64,000 nucleotides of DNA, taken from positions 96,001 through 160,000 of the forward strand of contig CAVYJM010000018.1 in the NCBI GenBank assembly GCA_963768855.1, read 5' to 3'. The notes below the pieces were generated by a model that saw nothing but the letters and a program-made list of their open reading frames with translations, was not told the origin of the DNA and made no database searches. How positions within the stretch are numbered: position 1 is the first letter of the stretch; each line of letters starts with the position of its first letter. Origin of the DNA: an uncultured Thermoplasmata archaeon. GTDB lineage: Archaea; Thermoplasmatota; Thermoplasmata; RBG-16-68-12. This document shows, piece by piece, positions 47,842 to 57,336 of this stretch. A program made the translations under genes and the position numbers.

Positions 47842-48864
47842 ATGGGAATCATCCTCTCCGACATCGTCACGCCGGAGCGGCGGACGCTTGAGGACTTCTC
47901 GGGGAAGATCCTCGCCATCGACGCGTTCAACACGCTGTACCAATTCCTCGCGATCATCCGCCAGCCGGACGGGACGCCCCTCATGGACAGCCAGGGCCGC
48001 GTGACGTCGCACTTGAGCGGCCTGATCTACCGCCTCTCCAACTTCGTCGCGGCGGGCATCCGGCCCGTGTTCGTGTTCGACGGGCAGCCGCCGAGGCTCA
48101 AGGCGCGCACAATCGAGGCCCGGATCGAGGTCAAGGCGCGGGCCGAGCGGGAGTGGAAGGAGGCGGTCGAGATCGGAGATCTCGCGACCGCGCGGACGAA
48201 GGCGATGCAAACCTCCCGGCTCACGGGAGAGATGGTCGACCAGTCCAAGCGGCTCCTCGACCTGCTCGGGATCCCCTGCGTCCAGGCGCCGAGCGAGGGC
48301 GAGGCCCAGGCCTCCGCGATGGCCCGCGCGGGCAGCGCGTACGCGGCCGCCTCCCAGGACTACGACGCGCTCCTCTTCGGCTCGCCGCGGCTCGTGAAGA
48401 ACCTCGCGATCACGGGGCGCCGTAAGCTCCCTCGCAAAGAGGTCTACGTGGATGTCCAGCCGGAGGAGATCGGGCTCGAACCGACGCTCAGCGCGCTCGG
48501 CATCAGCCGCGAGCAGCTCGTCGACATGGCCCTCCTGATCGGCACGGACTTCAACGAGGGCGTGCGCGGCATCGGGCCGAAGAAGGCGCTCCACCTGATC
48601 CGAAAGCACGGATCCCTGGAGCCCGCGCTCGCGGAGCTCAAGGTGGACATCGAGTCGAAGGACGAGGTGCGGGAGATCTTCCTCCAGCCGCGCGTCCTCG
48701 CGGAGGTCCGGGTCGAGTTCCGGGACCCGGACGCGGACGGGGTGCGTCGGATGCTGTGCGACGAATTCGCGTTCTCGCGGGAGCGAATCGACCAGGCCCT
48801 CGCGAAATTCGCCGGGGCGAGAGGGCAGCAGAAGCAGAAATCCCTCGACACCTGGTTCGGCTGA
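47842..48864 (+). CDS. fen: Flap endonuclease 1
   Basis: AIDAFNTLYQFL, VFVFDG, QAPSEGEAQ, SQDYDALLFG, GTDFNEGVRGIGPK, PIP box QKSLDTWF. Confidence 0.97.
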   Translation: MGIILSDIVTPERRTLEDFSGKILAIDAFNTLYQFLAIIRQPDGTPLMDSQGRVTSHLSGLIYRLSNFVAAGIRPVFVFDGQPPRLKARTIEARIEVKARAEREWKEAVEIGDLATARTKAMQTSRLTGEMVDQSKRLLDLLGIPCVQAPSEGEAQASAMARAGSAYAAASQDYDALLFGSPRLVKNLAITGRRKLPRKEVYVDVQPEEIGLEPTLSALGISREQLVDMALLIGTDFNEGVRGIGPKKALHLIRKHGSLEPALAELKVDIESKDEVREIFLQPRVLAEVRVEFRDPDADGVRRMLCDEFAFSRERIDQALAKFAGARGQQKQKSLDTWFG

Positions 48865-48897
48865 CGGGGCTGGGAATCGCTTTCCGGCAATCGAAGG

Positions 48898-48908
48898 AAA
48901 GCCTTTAT
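48898..48908 (+). promoter_or_regulatory. BRE/TATA element AAAGCCTTTAT
   Basis: Ends 26 nt before ATG 48935; similar AA(A/G)-G/C-rich-TT(T)A boxes at 39819 (+), 47807 (+), 56119-56129 (-), 34607-34617 (-). Confidence 0.65.
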
Positions 48909-48934
48909 CCCGTACGCCCCGTGCCGGGGGGGCC

Positions 48935-49723
48935 ATGGTCTTGGACGTCGTCACGTCCGCCCTCGTCAGCACGGGTCTCTGCGGGGTGCTGTGCTATCTC
49001 GCGTACGCGGAGGACGTGCTGACGCTGGACGGCACCGTCGCGGCGTTCGGCGTGGGGATGGTCATCGGGATCTTCGGCGACGTCACGTGGCTGCTGCTCC
49101 TCCTCTTCTTCCTCCTCTCGAGCTTCCTCGCGACGCGGTACAAGTTCGCCCTCAAGGAGGCCATGGGCGTCCAGGAGGGCGTGAAGGGGGAGCGGCGCGC
49201 CTCGAACGTCCTGGCCAACGGCATCGCGCCGATGGCCGCGGCCATCCTGTCCTTCGTCGATCCGCCCTGGTTCCCGCGGGCGCTGAGCGGCATCGTCTTC
49301 CTCTCCGCCCTCGCCGTCGCGGGCTCCGACACCCTCGCGAGCGAAATCGGGGTCCTCCAGCGGAACGCGTACCTCATCACGACGTTCAAGCGGGTCCCTC
49401 CCGGGACGGACGGCGGGATTTCCCTGCTCGGGCAGGCGTGCGCCCTCGGCGCCGCCCTGTACACCGCGGTCGTCGGATGGTTCGTCCTCGGGGACCTCGC
49501 GCGCATGTACAACCTGTCCGTGACGATGCCCGTGGTCGCGGGCTACCTCCTGATCCCCGCGGTCATCGGGTTCGTGGGCTGCCAGATCGACAGCGTCATT
49601 GGCGCGACCCTGGAGAGGAAGGGGCTCGTGAACAAGAAGACGACGAACCTGCTCGCCACATGCGCGGGCACGATCCTCGCCTACGTCGCCCTGGCGGCTT
49701 GGACCCCCGGGCTCACGCTCTGA
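48935..49723 (+). CDS. DUF92/TMEM19 family membrane protein
   Basis: LTLDG...A, R.ASNVLANG, AGSDTLASEIG, VPPGTDGGISLLG, DSVIGATLE. Confidence 0.9.
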   Translation: MVLDVVTSALVSTGLCGVLCYLAYAEDVLTLDGTVAAFGVGMVIGIFGDVTWLLLLLFFLLSSFLATRYKFALKEAMGVQEGVKGERRASNVLANGIAPMAAAILSFVDPPWFPRALSGIVFLSALAVAGSDTLASEIGVLQRNAYLITTFKRVPPGTDGGISLLGQACALGAALYTAVVGWFVLGDLARMYNLSVTMPVVAGYLLIPAVIGFVGCQIDSVIGATLERKGLVNKKTTNLLATCAGTILAYVALAAWTPGLTL

Positions 49724-51068
49724 CCGCGCGGCGCACCAGGTCCGCGCCCTCCGCGGCGAGCGCCTTCGCGCGCTCCGCGGTCCGCGCCTCCGCGTAGATC
49801 CGGAACAGGGGTTCCGTCCCGGAAGGCCGCACGAGGACCCAGCCGTCCTCTTCGTGAATCTTGACGCCGTCGATCGTGTCCACACGGCGGCCCTTCACGA
49901 GCGCGACGAGCGCGTCCAGGGTGGCCTCCCGCTTCGCGACCGGGACCTCGACCCCCGCCTTCGAAAGACTGTACTGGGGAAGCTCCGCGACGAGGCGGGA
50001 GAGGGGTTTTCCCTCCCGAGCGACGACCTCGAGCATCTTCGCGAGCGTCATGCCGCCATCCCGGCAGAACTGGTGCTCGGGGAAGATGATGCCCCCGTTC
50101 TCCTCCCCGCCGAACGCGGCGCCCTGGGCGAGCATCGTGCGCGCGACGATCGGCGATCCGACCTTCGTTCGCAGGACTCGGCCGCCCGCCTCCTTGACGA
50201 CGTCGTCGAGGACGCTCGACGTGCTGACCGGGGTCACGACCAGCCCGCCCCGCTTCGCGAGCTCCGACTTCGCGATCAAGGCGAGGCTCCGGTCTCCATA
50301 CAGGAACGCCCCGGTCTCGTCGATGAAGATCGCGCGATCCGCGTCGCCGTCGTGGGCGACGCCGAGATCGGCCTTGGATTCCCGGACCACGTGCATCAGG
50401 TCGCCGAGGTGCTCCACGGTCGGCTCGGGGAGTCGGCCAGGGAACGCGCCGTCCGGCTGGCCGTTGAGCGTCAGGACACGGCAGCCGAGCATCCGCAGGA
50501 GGTACGGCGTCGTGACGCAGCCCGCGCCGTTGGCGGGATCCGCCACCACGGTGAGCTTCTTCCGGCGGATGAGCTCGACATCGACCCGGGAGAGGATGCC
50601 CCGGAGATACAGATCGACCGCGCCCGAGTCGCTCCGGAGGTCGCCCACCCCGGACCAGTCCGCGGCCCGGGACCGGTCTTCGAAATAGATTGCCTCGATG
50701 GCCTCTTCCTCCTCGCGGGCCATCTCCATGCCGAGCCCGTCGAGGACCTTGATCCCGTTGAACTCCCGCGGATTATGGGAGGCGGTGATCACGACGCCGC
50801 CCCGGAGGTCCCCGCGCGTGTGAACGTAGTACTGGGCACAGGGCGTCGGGACCATCCCCAGGTCGATCACCTCGAGGCCCGCGGACATGAGGCCGGCCGC
50901 GACGGCCCGTGCGAGCATCGGCCCCGAGAGGCGAGGATCCCGTGCCAGCGCGACGGAGCCCGGCCCGAAGTGCGTGCCGATCGCGCGGCCCACGCGGACC
51001 GCGAGCTCCACCGTCATGTCCTGGCCGACGACCCCTCGGATCCCGTTCGTCCCGAAAAGGCGGGTCAT
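49713..51068 (-). CDS. glmM: Alpha-phosphohexomutase (GlmM/PMM-PGM)
   Basis: LFGTNGIRG, ITASHNP, HDGDADR, GGEENG, VRPSGTEP; substrate not resolvable from motifs. Confidence 0.88.
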   Translation of the reverse strand: MTRLFGTNGIRGVVGQDMTVELAVRVGRAIGTHFGPGSVALARDPRLSGPMLARAVAAGLMSAGLEVIDLGMVPTPCAQYYVHTRGDLRGGVVITASHNPREFNGIKVLDGLGMEMAREEEEAIEAIYFEDRSRAADWSGVGDLRSDSGAVDLYLRGILSRVDVELIRRKKLTVVADPANGAGCVTTPYLLRMLGCRVLTLNGQPDGAFPGRLPEPTVEHLGDLMHVVRESKADLGVAHDGDADRAIFIDETGAFLYGDRSLALIAKSELAKRGGLVVTPVSTSSVLDDVVKEAGGRVLRTKVGSPIVARTMLAQGAAFGGEENGGIIFPEHQFCRDGGMTLAKMLEVVAREGKPLSRLVAELPQYSLSKAGVEVPVAKREATLDALVALVKGRRVDTIDGVKIHEEDGWVLVRPSGTEPLFRIYAEARTAERAKALAAEGADLVRRAVRA

Positions 51069-52075
51069 CGGTCCACCCTCGCCCCGACGAGCTTCGCGTG
51101 GGGGGGAACCTGCACGCCGTCGCCCACGATCGTGTTCCGGACGACTGAGCCTTCCCCGATCGCGGCGCCCGCGCCGATGATCGCCCCGTCCAGGTCGGCC
51201 TTGTCGTCCACGCTCACACCGTCGAACAGGGCCGCGTTCCGGATCGCGCAGCGTCCGATCTTGCACCCTCTCCCGAGGACGACGTTGGGCCCGAGATGCC
51301 CCTCGACGAAGGAACCGCCGGCGACCAGGACCGGGGACCGGACCTGTGCGCGGGACGCCTCCGCCCCGGCCGCGATCCCGGCCTTCCCGTTCTCGAGCAG
51401 CAGGCGCTGCGCTTCGAGGTAGGCGGGGAGCGTCCCCGCGTCCGACCAGAAGCCCGTCTCCCGGAACGCGTGGAGGCCGAGGGGGATGAGCTTCGGGAAG
51501 ACCTCCCGCTCCAGGGAGACCGCGCGGCCTGCCTCGATGAAATCGAAGACGTCGGGCTCGAAGAGGTACCGCCCCGCGTTCACGAGGTTGCTCGGGGCCT
51601 CCGTCTCCTGGGGCTTCTCGACGAACCGCGTAATCCGCTCCCCGTCCAGAGCGACGACCCCGAACGCGGTCGGGTCCTCCACGGATCCGACCCCAAGGGA
51701 GCCGATCCCGCCGTGACGGCGGTGGAACTTGAGGAACGCCCCGAAGTCGATGTTGTCGATCACATCCCCGTTCGCGACCGCGAACGTGCCGGAGACGTGG
51801 GCCTCCACGTTCTTGATGGCCCCGCCCGTGCCGAGGGGCGTCGACTCGTTCACGACGACGACCTCGACGTCGGAGTCGAGGGCCTCGAAGTAGTCCCGCA
51901 CGGGCTCGTACAGATAGTTCACGGCCACGATGATCCGCTCACAGGAAGGGGGAAGGCGGTCCAAGACATGGAGGATCTGCGGACGATTGAGGAGGGGCAC
52001 GAGCGCCTTGGGGCGCTGAAGGGTCAGCGGGCGGAGCCGGGTCCCGAGTCCGCCCGCGATGACGATGAACTCCAC
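51065..52075 (-). CDS. NDP-sugar pyrophosphorylase (GCD1-like) with C-terminal beta-helix
   Basis: IAGGLGTRLRPLT..RPKALVP, LGTGGAI, FGVV, FVEKP, VNAGRY, WSDAG. Confidence 0.92.
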   Translation of the reverse strand: MEFIVIAGGLGTRLRPLTLQRPKALVPLLNRPQILHVLDRLPPSCERIIVAVNYLYEPVRDYFEALDSDVEVVVVNESTPLGTGGAIKNVEAHVSGTFAVANGDVIDNIDFGAFLKFHRRHGGIGSLGVGSVEDPTAFGVVALDGERITRFVEKPQETEAPSNLVNAGRYLFEPDVFDFIEAGRAVSLEREVFPKLIPLGLHAFRETGFWSDAGTLPAYLEAQRLLLENGKAGIAAGAEASRAQVRSPVLVAGGSFVEGHLGPNVVLGRGCKIGRCAIRNAALFDGVSVDDKADLDGAIIGAGAAIGEGSVVRNTIVGDGVQVPPHAKLVGARVDR

Positions 52076-52123
52076 ACCCGCGCGGATGTAGGGTCGCGGA
52101 TATCTATTTTCTGCCCGCGGCGG

Positions 52124-52339
52124 TCACTTCGGGACGATCGTGACCACGTTGTTCCCGCGGAGGACCACGGTGCCGACGCGCCGCACGTTGTCTTCCTTCG
52201 TCTCTTCCGTGTCCTCGAGGACCATGTTCATGTAGTCGTCGTAGCCGACGAGCTTGCCCTCGAGCAAGCGGTTGTCCTTGAGGAGGAGCTGGACGCGTTT
52301 GTTGATAGATTTTTCTAGGACGTTGAGTGGCATCACCAT
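52124..52339 (-). CDS. Sm-like archaeal protein (LSm/SmAP)
   Basis: Sm1 GKLVGYDDYMNMVLED, Sm2 VVLRGNNV. Confidence 0.95.
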   Translation of the reverse strand: MVMPLNVLEKSINKRVQLLLKDNRLLEGKLVGYDDYMNMVLEDTEETKEDNVRRVGTVVLRGNNVVTIVPK

Positions 52340-52490
52340 GAAAGGCCGTTCCCCCTTCTGTGGCGGCGGAAGCGAGTGGGCGGTCTTAAACCTTTTCGTC
52401 TCGTCCCCGGAGAACCGGGGGTTGCATGGAGGGACCGACGGCGGGGACGAACGTATTTATCGCGAGGCGCCGGTTCGCCGGGCGGAGATC

Positions 52491-52751
52491 ATGGAACGAG
52501 TGAAGGTCGGGGAGGTCTTCCACTACTTCGGGAAGATCGGCGTCGCGGCCATCCGCCTGACGGACGGCGCGCTAGCGGTTGGGGACACGATCCAGGTGCA
52601 GGGACCGTCCACGAACCTGACGCAGGTCGTCGACGCGATGCAGATCGAGCATGGCGTCGTCGCGCGCGCGGAGAGGGGCCAGGAGGTCGGCGTGAAGCTG
52701 AACGACCGCGCGCGGGAACGGGACCTCGTGTTCAAGGTTCTGCCGGGTTGA
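52491..52751 (+). CDS. Small beta-barrel protein (EF-Tu domain II / U32 C-terminal-like)
   Basis: VGEVFHYFGKIGVAAI...L.VGDTI...QVVDAMQIEH...GQEVGVK. Confidence 0.75.
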   Translation: MERVKVGEVFHYFGKIGVAAIRLTDGALAVGDTIQVQGPSTNLTQVVDAMQIEHGVVARAERGQEVGVKLNDRARERDLVFKVLPG

Positions 52752-52760
52752 GCAGCGCGC

Positions 52761-53225
52761 TCAGAGCAGCCAGCCACGCAGCACGGTGTAGAGAGCGAGC
52801 AGGCTGCCGACGACCGCGAGGCCGTGGAACAGGGCGCTGATCCCCTTCTCGCCGCGGTGGTGCGTGAGCTCCGCCGCCATGTAGGTGAACCGGTGCGCTC
52901 CGTGGAGGAGCGCGCCCGCGATCAGGACCAGGAAGAAGAGGCGCACGAGCAGCCCCTGGAAGTTCGGGGCCGCGGGGTTCATCGCGGAGGCAAGCCACGT
53001 GTACTCGATCCGGTCCGGCGTCCAGAACCCGAACGGGACGAGGAAGGACAGGGCGACGATCGTGACGGGCAGGAGGAACGCGGTCAGGAAACCGCCCAGG
53101 GAGAAGAGGCCCCAGAAGAACGGTTCGAGGACCACGCCGCCTTCCTTCTGCGCCGCCTCGACCCGGATGGCCCGGTGGCCGGGGTTGTAGCGGGGGTCGA
53201 ACGTCCCGGCGGGCTCCTCGGCCAC
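52761..53225 (-). CDS. frdD: Fumarate reductase anchor subunit D
   Basis: EPFFWGLFSLGG, LLHGAHR; last gene of frdABCD. Confidence 0.85.
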   Translation of the reverse strand: MAEEPAGTFDPRYNPGHRAIRVEAAQKEGGVVLEPFFWGLFSLGGFLTAFLLPVTIVALSFLVPFGFWTPDRIEYTWLASAMNPAAPNFQGLLVRLFFLVLIAGALLHGAHRFTYMAAELTHHRGEKGISALFHGLAVVGSLLALYTVLRGWLL

Positions 53226-53226
53226 G

Positions 53227-53622
53227 TCACAGCCCCCCGAACACGAGGAAGAGCACGCCGACGGACGCGGCCACGAAAATCACGATCATGAGCCCGAAGA
53301 TCCGCGTCCACTCCGGCGCGCGGTACGCGGACATCACGGCCTGGCTCTTGCCGATCAGGTAGAACCAGGTGAAGGCGTGGACCAGGACGAAGGCGAGGAT
53401 CACCGCCTGGATCGCGAGCATGGCGGGAGTCTGGAGGAACGCGAGGTAGTCCTCGTACGAGGCCTGTCCCATGTCGAACGTGACCAAGAGGCCCAGGAGG
53501 AGAATCCCGTAGACCGCGGACAGGGAGCCGCCGACTTCCCGGAGCATGAACAGGAGGTAGTGCCCGTTCTGGGTCCACCATCCGCTCCGTCGCCTCCAGA
53601 CCGCTTCGCGCACCTCGACCAT
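53227..53622 (-). CDS. frdC: Fumarate reductase anchor subunit C
   Basis: WW....Y..FMLRE, FLQTP, LVHAFTWF. Confidence 0.85.
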   Translation of the reverse strand: MVEVREAVWRRRSGWWTQNGHYLLFMLREVGGSLSAVYGILLLGLLVTFDMGQASYEDYLAFLQTPAMLAIQAVILAFVLVHAFTWFYLIGKSQAVMSAYRAPEWTRIFGLMIVIFVAASVGVLFLVFGGL

Positions 53623-53626
53623 CCGC

Positions 53627-54382
53627 TCACCTCGACGCGAACTTCGGCATGAGCAGCTTGCGCATGTGGCGGATCGTCGCGAGGACCTTCAGGCTCTGGA
53701 TCGCGCCCGCCGGGTCGACCTCCTTCGGGCACACGACGGAACACTCGCCGACGAACGTGCACTCCCAGATCCCGTGCGGGGTTGAGAGGAGGTCGAGGCG
53801 CTCGTCCGCTCCCTCGTCGCGCGTGTCGCGGATGTACCGCAGCGCGAGGGCCAGGGAGGCGGGCCCGACGAAGTGGTTGTCCCCCTGGAACACGGGGCAC
53901 GCGGCGTAGCAGAGGGTGCAGTTGATGCAGAGGCTCTGCTGGCGGTACGCCGCGAGCTCCTCGGGGAACTGGGTGTACTCGCCCTCCGAGAGAGGCCGCT
54001 GCTTCTCGCGGATGACCCACGGCTTCACGTAGAGGAAGTGCTCCATGAACGGGTCGAAGTCCGCGACGAGGTCCTTGATTGAGTTGAAGCCCGTGAGCGG
54101 GTCCACCTGGACGATGCCGCCGGGACTCACGTCCCGGATGAACGTGCCGCACGTCAGGCGAGGCTTGCCATTCACGTCCATGCCGCAGGAGCCGCAGATC
54201 CCCATCCGGCAGGACCATCGGAAGGTCAGGCTCGGGTCGAGGTTGTCCTTGATGTAGTTCAGCCCGTCCAACACGACCTCGTCGCTGCGGTACGGGACGC
54301 GGAAGTCCTGGTAGTACGGGCCCTTCGTGCCCTGAGGCTGGTAGCGGCGGACTCGGAACACGACTTGGTTCTCGGCGGCCAT
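53627..54382 (-). CDS. frdB: Fumarate reductase/succinate dehydrogenase Fe-S subunit
   Basis: CRMGICGSC...LTC, CINCTLCYAACP, CTFVGECSVVCP. Confidence 0.95.
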   Translation of the reverse strand: MAAENQVVFRVRRYQPQGTKGPYYQDFRVPYRSDEVVLDGLNYIKDNLDPSLTFRWSCRMGICGSCGMDVNGKPRLTCGTFIRDVSPGGIVQVDPLTGFNSIKDLVADFDPFMEHFLYVKPWVIREKQRPLSEGEYTQFPEELAAYRQQSLCINCTLCYAACPVFQGDNHFVGPASLALALRYIRDTRDEGADERLDLLSTPHGIWECTFVGECSVVCPKEVDPAGAIQSLKVLATIRHMRKLLMPKFASR

Positions 54383-54383
54383 A

Positions 54384-56093
54384 TCAATACTTCCTCTCGG
54401 CGGGCTGCCACTTTGTGATCTTGACGGGGAGATAGTCGATCCGCGGCGCGCCGTCCGTGCGGTACGCCAGGGAGTGCTTCAGGTAGTTCGCATCGTCCCG
54501 GTTCGCATAGTCCGTCCGGCTGTGCGCCCCGCGAGACTCCCGCCGGTTCAGCGCGCTCCAAGCGATCGCCTGGGCCACGTCGAGCATGAAGTCGAGCTCG
54601 AGGGCCTGGGTGAGGTCCGTGTTGAAGACGCGGTCTTTGTCCGCGACGCTCACGTTCGCGAAGCGCTGACGCAGGGTCGCGAGCTTCGCGCAGGCGTCCG
54701 TCAGGCCCTTCTCGTCTCGGAAGATGCCGACGTCCCGCTCCATGATCTGCTGCATCTCGCGCCGGATGCCCGAGAGGCTCTCGCTCCCCGTCTCCCGCTT
54801 CAGGAGGCCGCCGAAGATCCGCGCCTCCTCCTTCGCGAGCGCGTCCCGCGCGGCTCCCCCGCGCGGCCAGCCCGTCCGCTTGACGAACGCCGCGACGGCC
54901 ATGCCCGCGGACTTCCCGAAGACGAGGCACTCGCTCAGGCTGTTCGACCCGAGCCGGTTCGCGCCGTTCATCGAGACGCAGGCCGTCTCGCCGACCGCGT
55001 AGAGGCCCTTCACCGGCGTTTCGCCGACGAGGTTCGTGGAGACGCCCCCCATGATGTAGTGCTGGCCCGGGCGGACCGGGATCGGCTCGTGGATCGGGTC
55101 CAGGCCGAGATACTTCTCCGCGAGCTCCCGGACCATCGGGAGGCGCTCGTCGATCGCCTGCTCCCCCAGGTGGCGGAGGTCCAGCCCCATGTAGTCGCCA
55201 TGGGGCCCCTTGAAGCCGCGCCCCTCGCGGATCTCGATCATCTCGGAACGCGACAGGATGTCCCGCGGACCCAGCTCCATCTTGCTCGGGAGGTACCTCT
55301 TCATGAAGCGCTCCCCGTCCTTGTTGATGAGGGTGCCACCCTCGCCGCGCGCCGCCTCCGTGATCAGAATCCCGGTCCCCGGGAGGCAGGTCGGGTGGAA
55401 CTGGACCATCTCCATGTCCTTGAGCGGCGCTCCGGCCCGGTACGCGAGGGCCATCCCGTCCCCAGTCTTGATGAAGCCGTTCGTCGTGAACTCGTACACG
55501 CGGCCGCAGCCGCCCGTCGCCAGCACGACCGCTTTCGCATTGATGTAGCTCAGCTCGCCGCGGCGGATGTCTAGGGCCACGACGCCTGCTGCCGCGCCGT
55601 TCTCCTGGATCAGGTCCGTCACGAACCACTCGTCGAACCGCACGATCTGCGGGTGCCGCATGGACTCCTGGAAGAGCGTGTGGAGGATGTGGAAGCCGAC
55701 CTTGTCGGCGGCGAAGCACGTCCGCTTGACGGACATGCCGCCGAAGGCCCGTTGCTGGATCTTGCCGTCGTCGTCCCGCGACCAGGGGCAGCCCCAGTGG
55801 TCCAGCTGGACGATCTCGTCCGGGCACTTGGCGACGAAGAACTCGACCGCGTCCTGGTCCGCGAGGTAGTCAGACCCCTTGATCGTGTCCAGCGCGTGCA
55901 GCTCGAAGTTGTCGTAGTCCCGCATGACCGCCGCGGTCCCGCCCTCCGCGGAGACCGTGTGGCTCCGCATCGGGTACACCTTGGAGACGAGGCCGATGGT
56001 CAGTTTCGGGTCGGACTCTGCGGCGGCGATTGCGGCGCGCAGCCCCGCCGCTCCCCCGCCGACCACGACGATGTCGAAGGTGAGCTGGTCCAC
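54384..56093 (-). CDS. frdA: Fumarate reductase/succinate dehydrogenase flavoprotein
   Basis: VVGGGAAG, MRSHTVSAEGG (covalent-FAD His), QFHPT, EAARGEGG, HYIMGG, RLGSNSL, ESRGAH; GTG start at 56093. Confidence 0.96.
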   Translation of the reverse strand: MDQLTFDIVVVGGGAAGLRAAIAAAESDPKLTIGLVSKVYPMRSHTVSAEGGTAAVMRDYDNFELHALDTIKGSDYLADQDAVEFFVAKCPDEIVQLDHWGCPWSRDDDGKIQQRAFGGMSVKRTCFAADKVGFHILHTLFQESMRHPQIVRFDEWFVTDLIQENGAAAGVVALDIRRGELSYINAKAVVLATGGCGRVYEFTTNGFIKTGDGMALAYRAGAPLKDMEMVQFHPTCLPGTGILITEAARGEGGTLINKDGERFMKRYLPSKMELGPRDILSRSEMIEIREGRGFKGPHGDYMGLDLRHLGEQAIDERLPMVRELAEKYLGLDPIHEPIPVRPGQHYIMGGVSTNLVGETPVKGLYAVGETACVSMNGANRLGSNSLSECLVFGKSAGMAVAAFVKRTGWPRGGAARDALAKEEARIFGGLLKRETGSESLSGIRREMQQIMERDVGIFRDEKGLTDACAKLATLRQRFANVSVADKDRVFNTDLTQALELDFMLDVAQAIAWSALNRRESRGAHSRTDYANRDDANYLKHSLAYRTDGAPRIDYLPVKITKWQPAERKY

Positions 56094-56184
56094 GAGTTGT
56101 CCGGATTCACGACGGGGGCATAAGGCTTTGGCACGTATCCGCCGATTTCGCCGAACCGAAAAACGAATCGCGTCAGCGCGGGTC

Positions 56185-57177
56185 TCACGGGAGGAATTCA
56201 ACGAGCAGGGAGCCGAATCTCGCGTCGGCGGAATACTGAACGCGAAGGGTGGTATCCTTCTGCGCGGTCAGCGTCCAGCCAAGCCAATACCCGTCCGCGG
56301 GGCTCCACTGAAACTCGGAGCTGAGCGACACGGAGACGTTGCCGGCAGTTCCTGCGTCCAAGGCGATCGGAGGAAGGAGGTTGCGGAAGGGACCGGCGGT
56401 CACCAGGGCCACGCTGACGTCGGCGAGTTCCCCCAGAGTGGAGCCTTTGGAGAGGTTCTCCTCCCGGACGCCACCCATGGACAGCAGATTGGCGCCGCTC
56501 GGGAGGGATGTGTTCGCGGAGGGCAGCGAATCGCCGTAGGCTCCCCATCCGAAGAGGGAGTAGTTAACCTGGATCCACCTCTCCTCGACGGACGCGACCG
56601 TGGCCGCCACGCGGGAAATCGTGTAGTTCATGAGCCACCGCTCGTGGTAGACCATGTTGATCCCGGGCCCTTGCGAACCGACCGCCCACGAATGGCGGGC
56701 TCCGGACTCGGAGCAGTTCCCGGCCGGCATCGCCAGGAATGTGTTGGGGCCTCCTTCCCGGAAGGCGGTCGCAGCGGATGGCCCAATGGTAGGGGCGAGG
56801 ACGAAGCGGACGGGATCGGTCGGCCCCGTGACATTGGCCCAGCGGAGGATGAATGTCGAGTTCGGTTCGGCGGTCGCGGACGAGACCGACCAGGACATGT
56901 TCGCCTCGAAGCCTTTGTTCTGTGGCGCAGACGGCGTGTAGAACGTCATCAGAGGGACGTCAAGCCACGTCGAACCGTTCGCGAGGAGTTCCAGGACATG
57001 AGGCGGGATGTGGACAGGGGGGGCCGTTGGAGGCGAGACATACAAGATGTATCCCGCGATTGCAGCAACTACCAACACCGCGGCAACGGCTAGGGCCCCC
57101 AGCCACAATCCGCGGCGCAATCTCGCAGGGGGCTTCATCGGAGTAACATCGCCAGACGCGGGCGGCGACATGAGCAT
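56185..57177 (-). CDS. Hypothetical membrane-anchored extracellular protein
   Basis: One N-terminal TM helix, many N-x-S/T sequons, atypical codon use. Confidence 0.65.
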   Translation of the reverse strand: MLMSPPASGDVTPMKPPARLRRGLWLGALAVAAVLVVAAIAGYILYVSPPTAPPVHIPPHVLELLANGSTWLDVPLMTFYTPSAPQNKGFEANMSWSVSSATAEPNSTFILRWANVTGPTDPVRFVLAPTIGPSAATAFREGGPNTFLAMPAGNCSESGARHSWAVGSQGPGINMVYHERWLMNYTISRVAATVASVEERWIQVNYSLFGWGAYGDSLPSANTSLPSGANLLSMGGVREENLSKGSTLGELADVSVALVTAGPFRNLLPPIALDAGTAGNVSVSLSSEFQWSPADGYWLGWTLTAQKDTTLRVQYSADARFGSLLVEFLP

Positions 57178-57336
57178 CCCTCGCCCCTCCCCATCGCTCG
57201 GAGCGACCCAAATACCTTGCTATGTACTGTCGACGCAATCAGGGAGCCGCTGCGCAACTTCCATCTCCCGTCAGGCGGAAGATGCATCCAAGTCGGGCGA
57301 GGAACCCTCAAGTACCCACTCGGCATCGAAGGCGTA

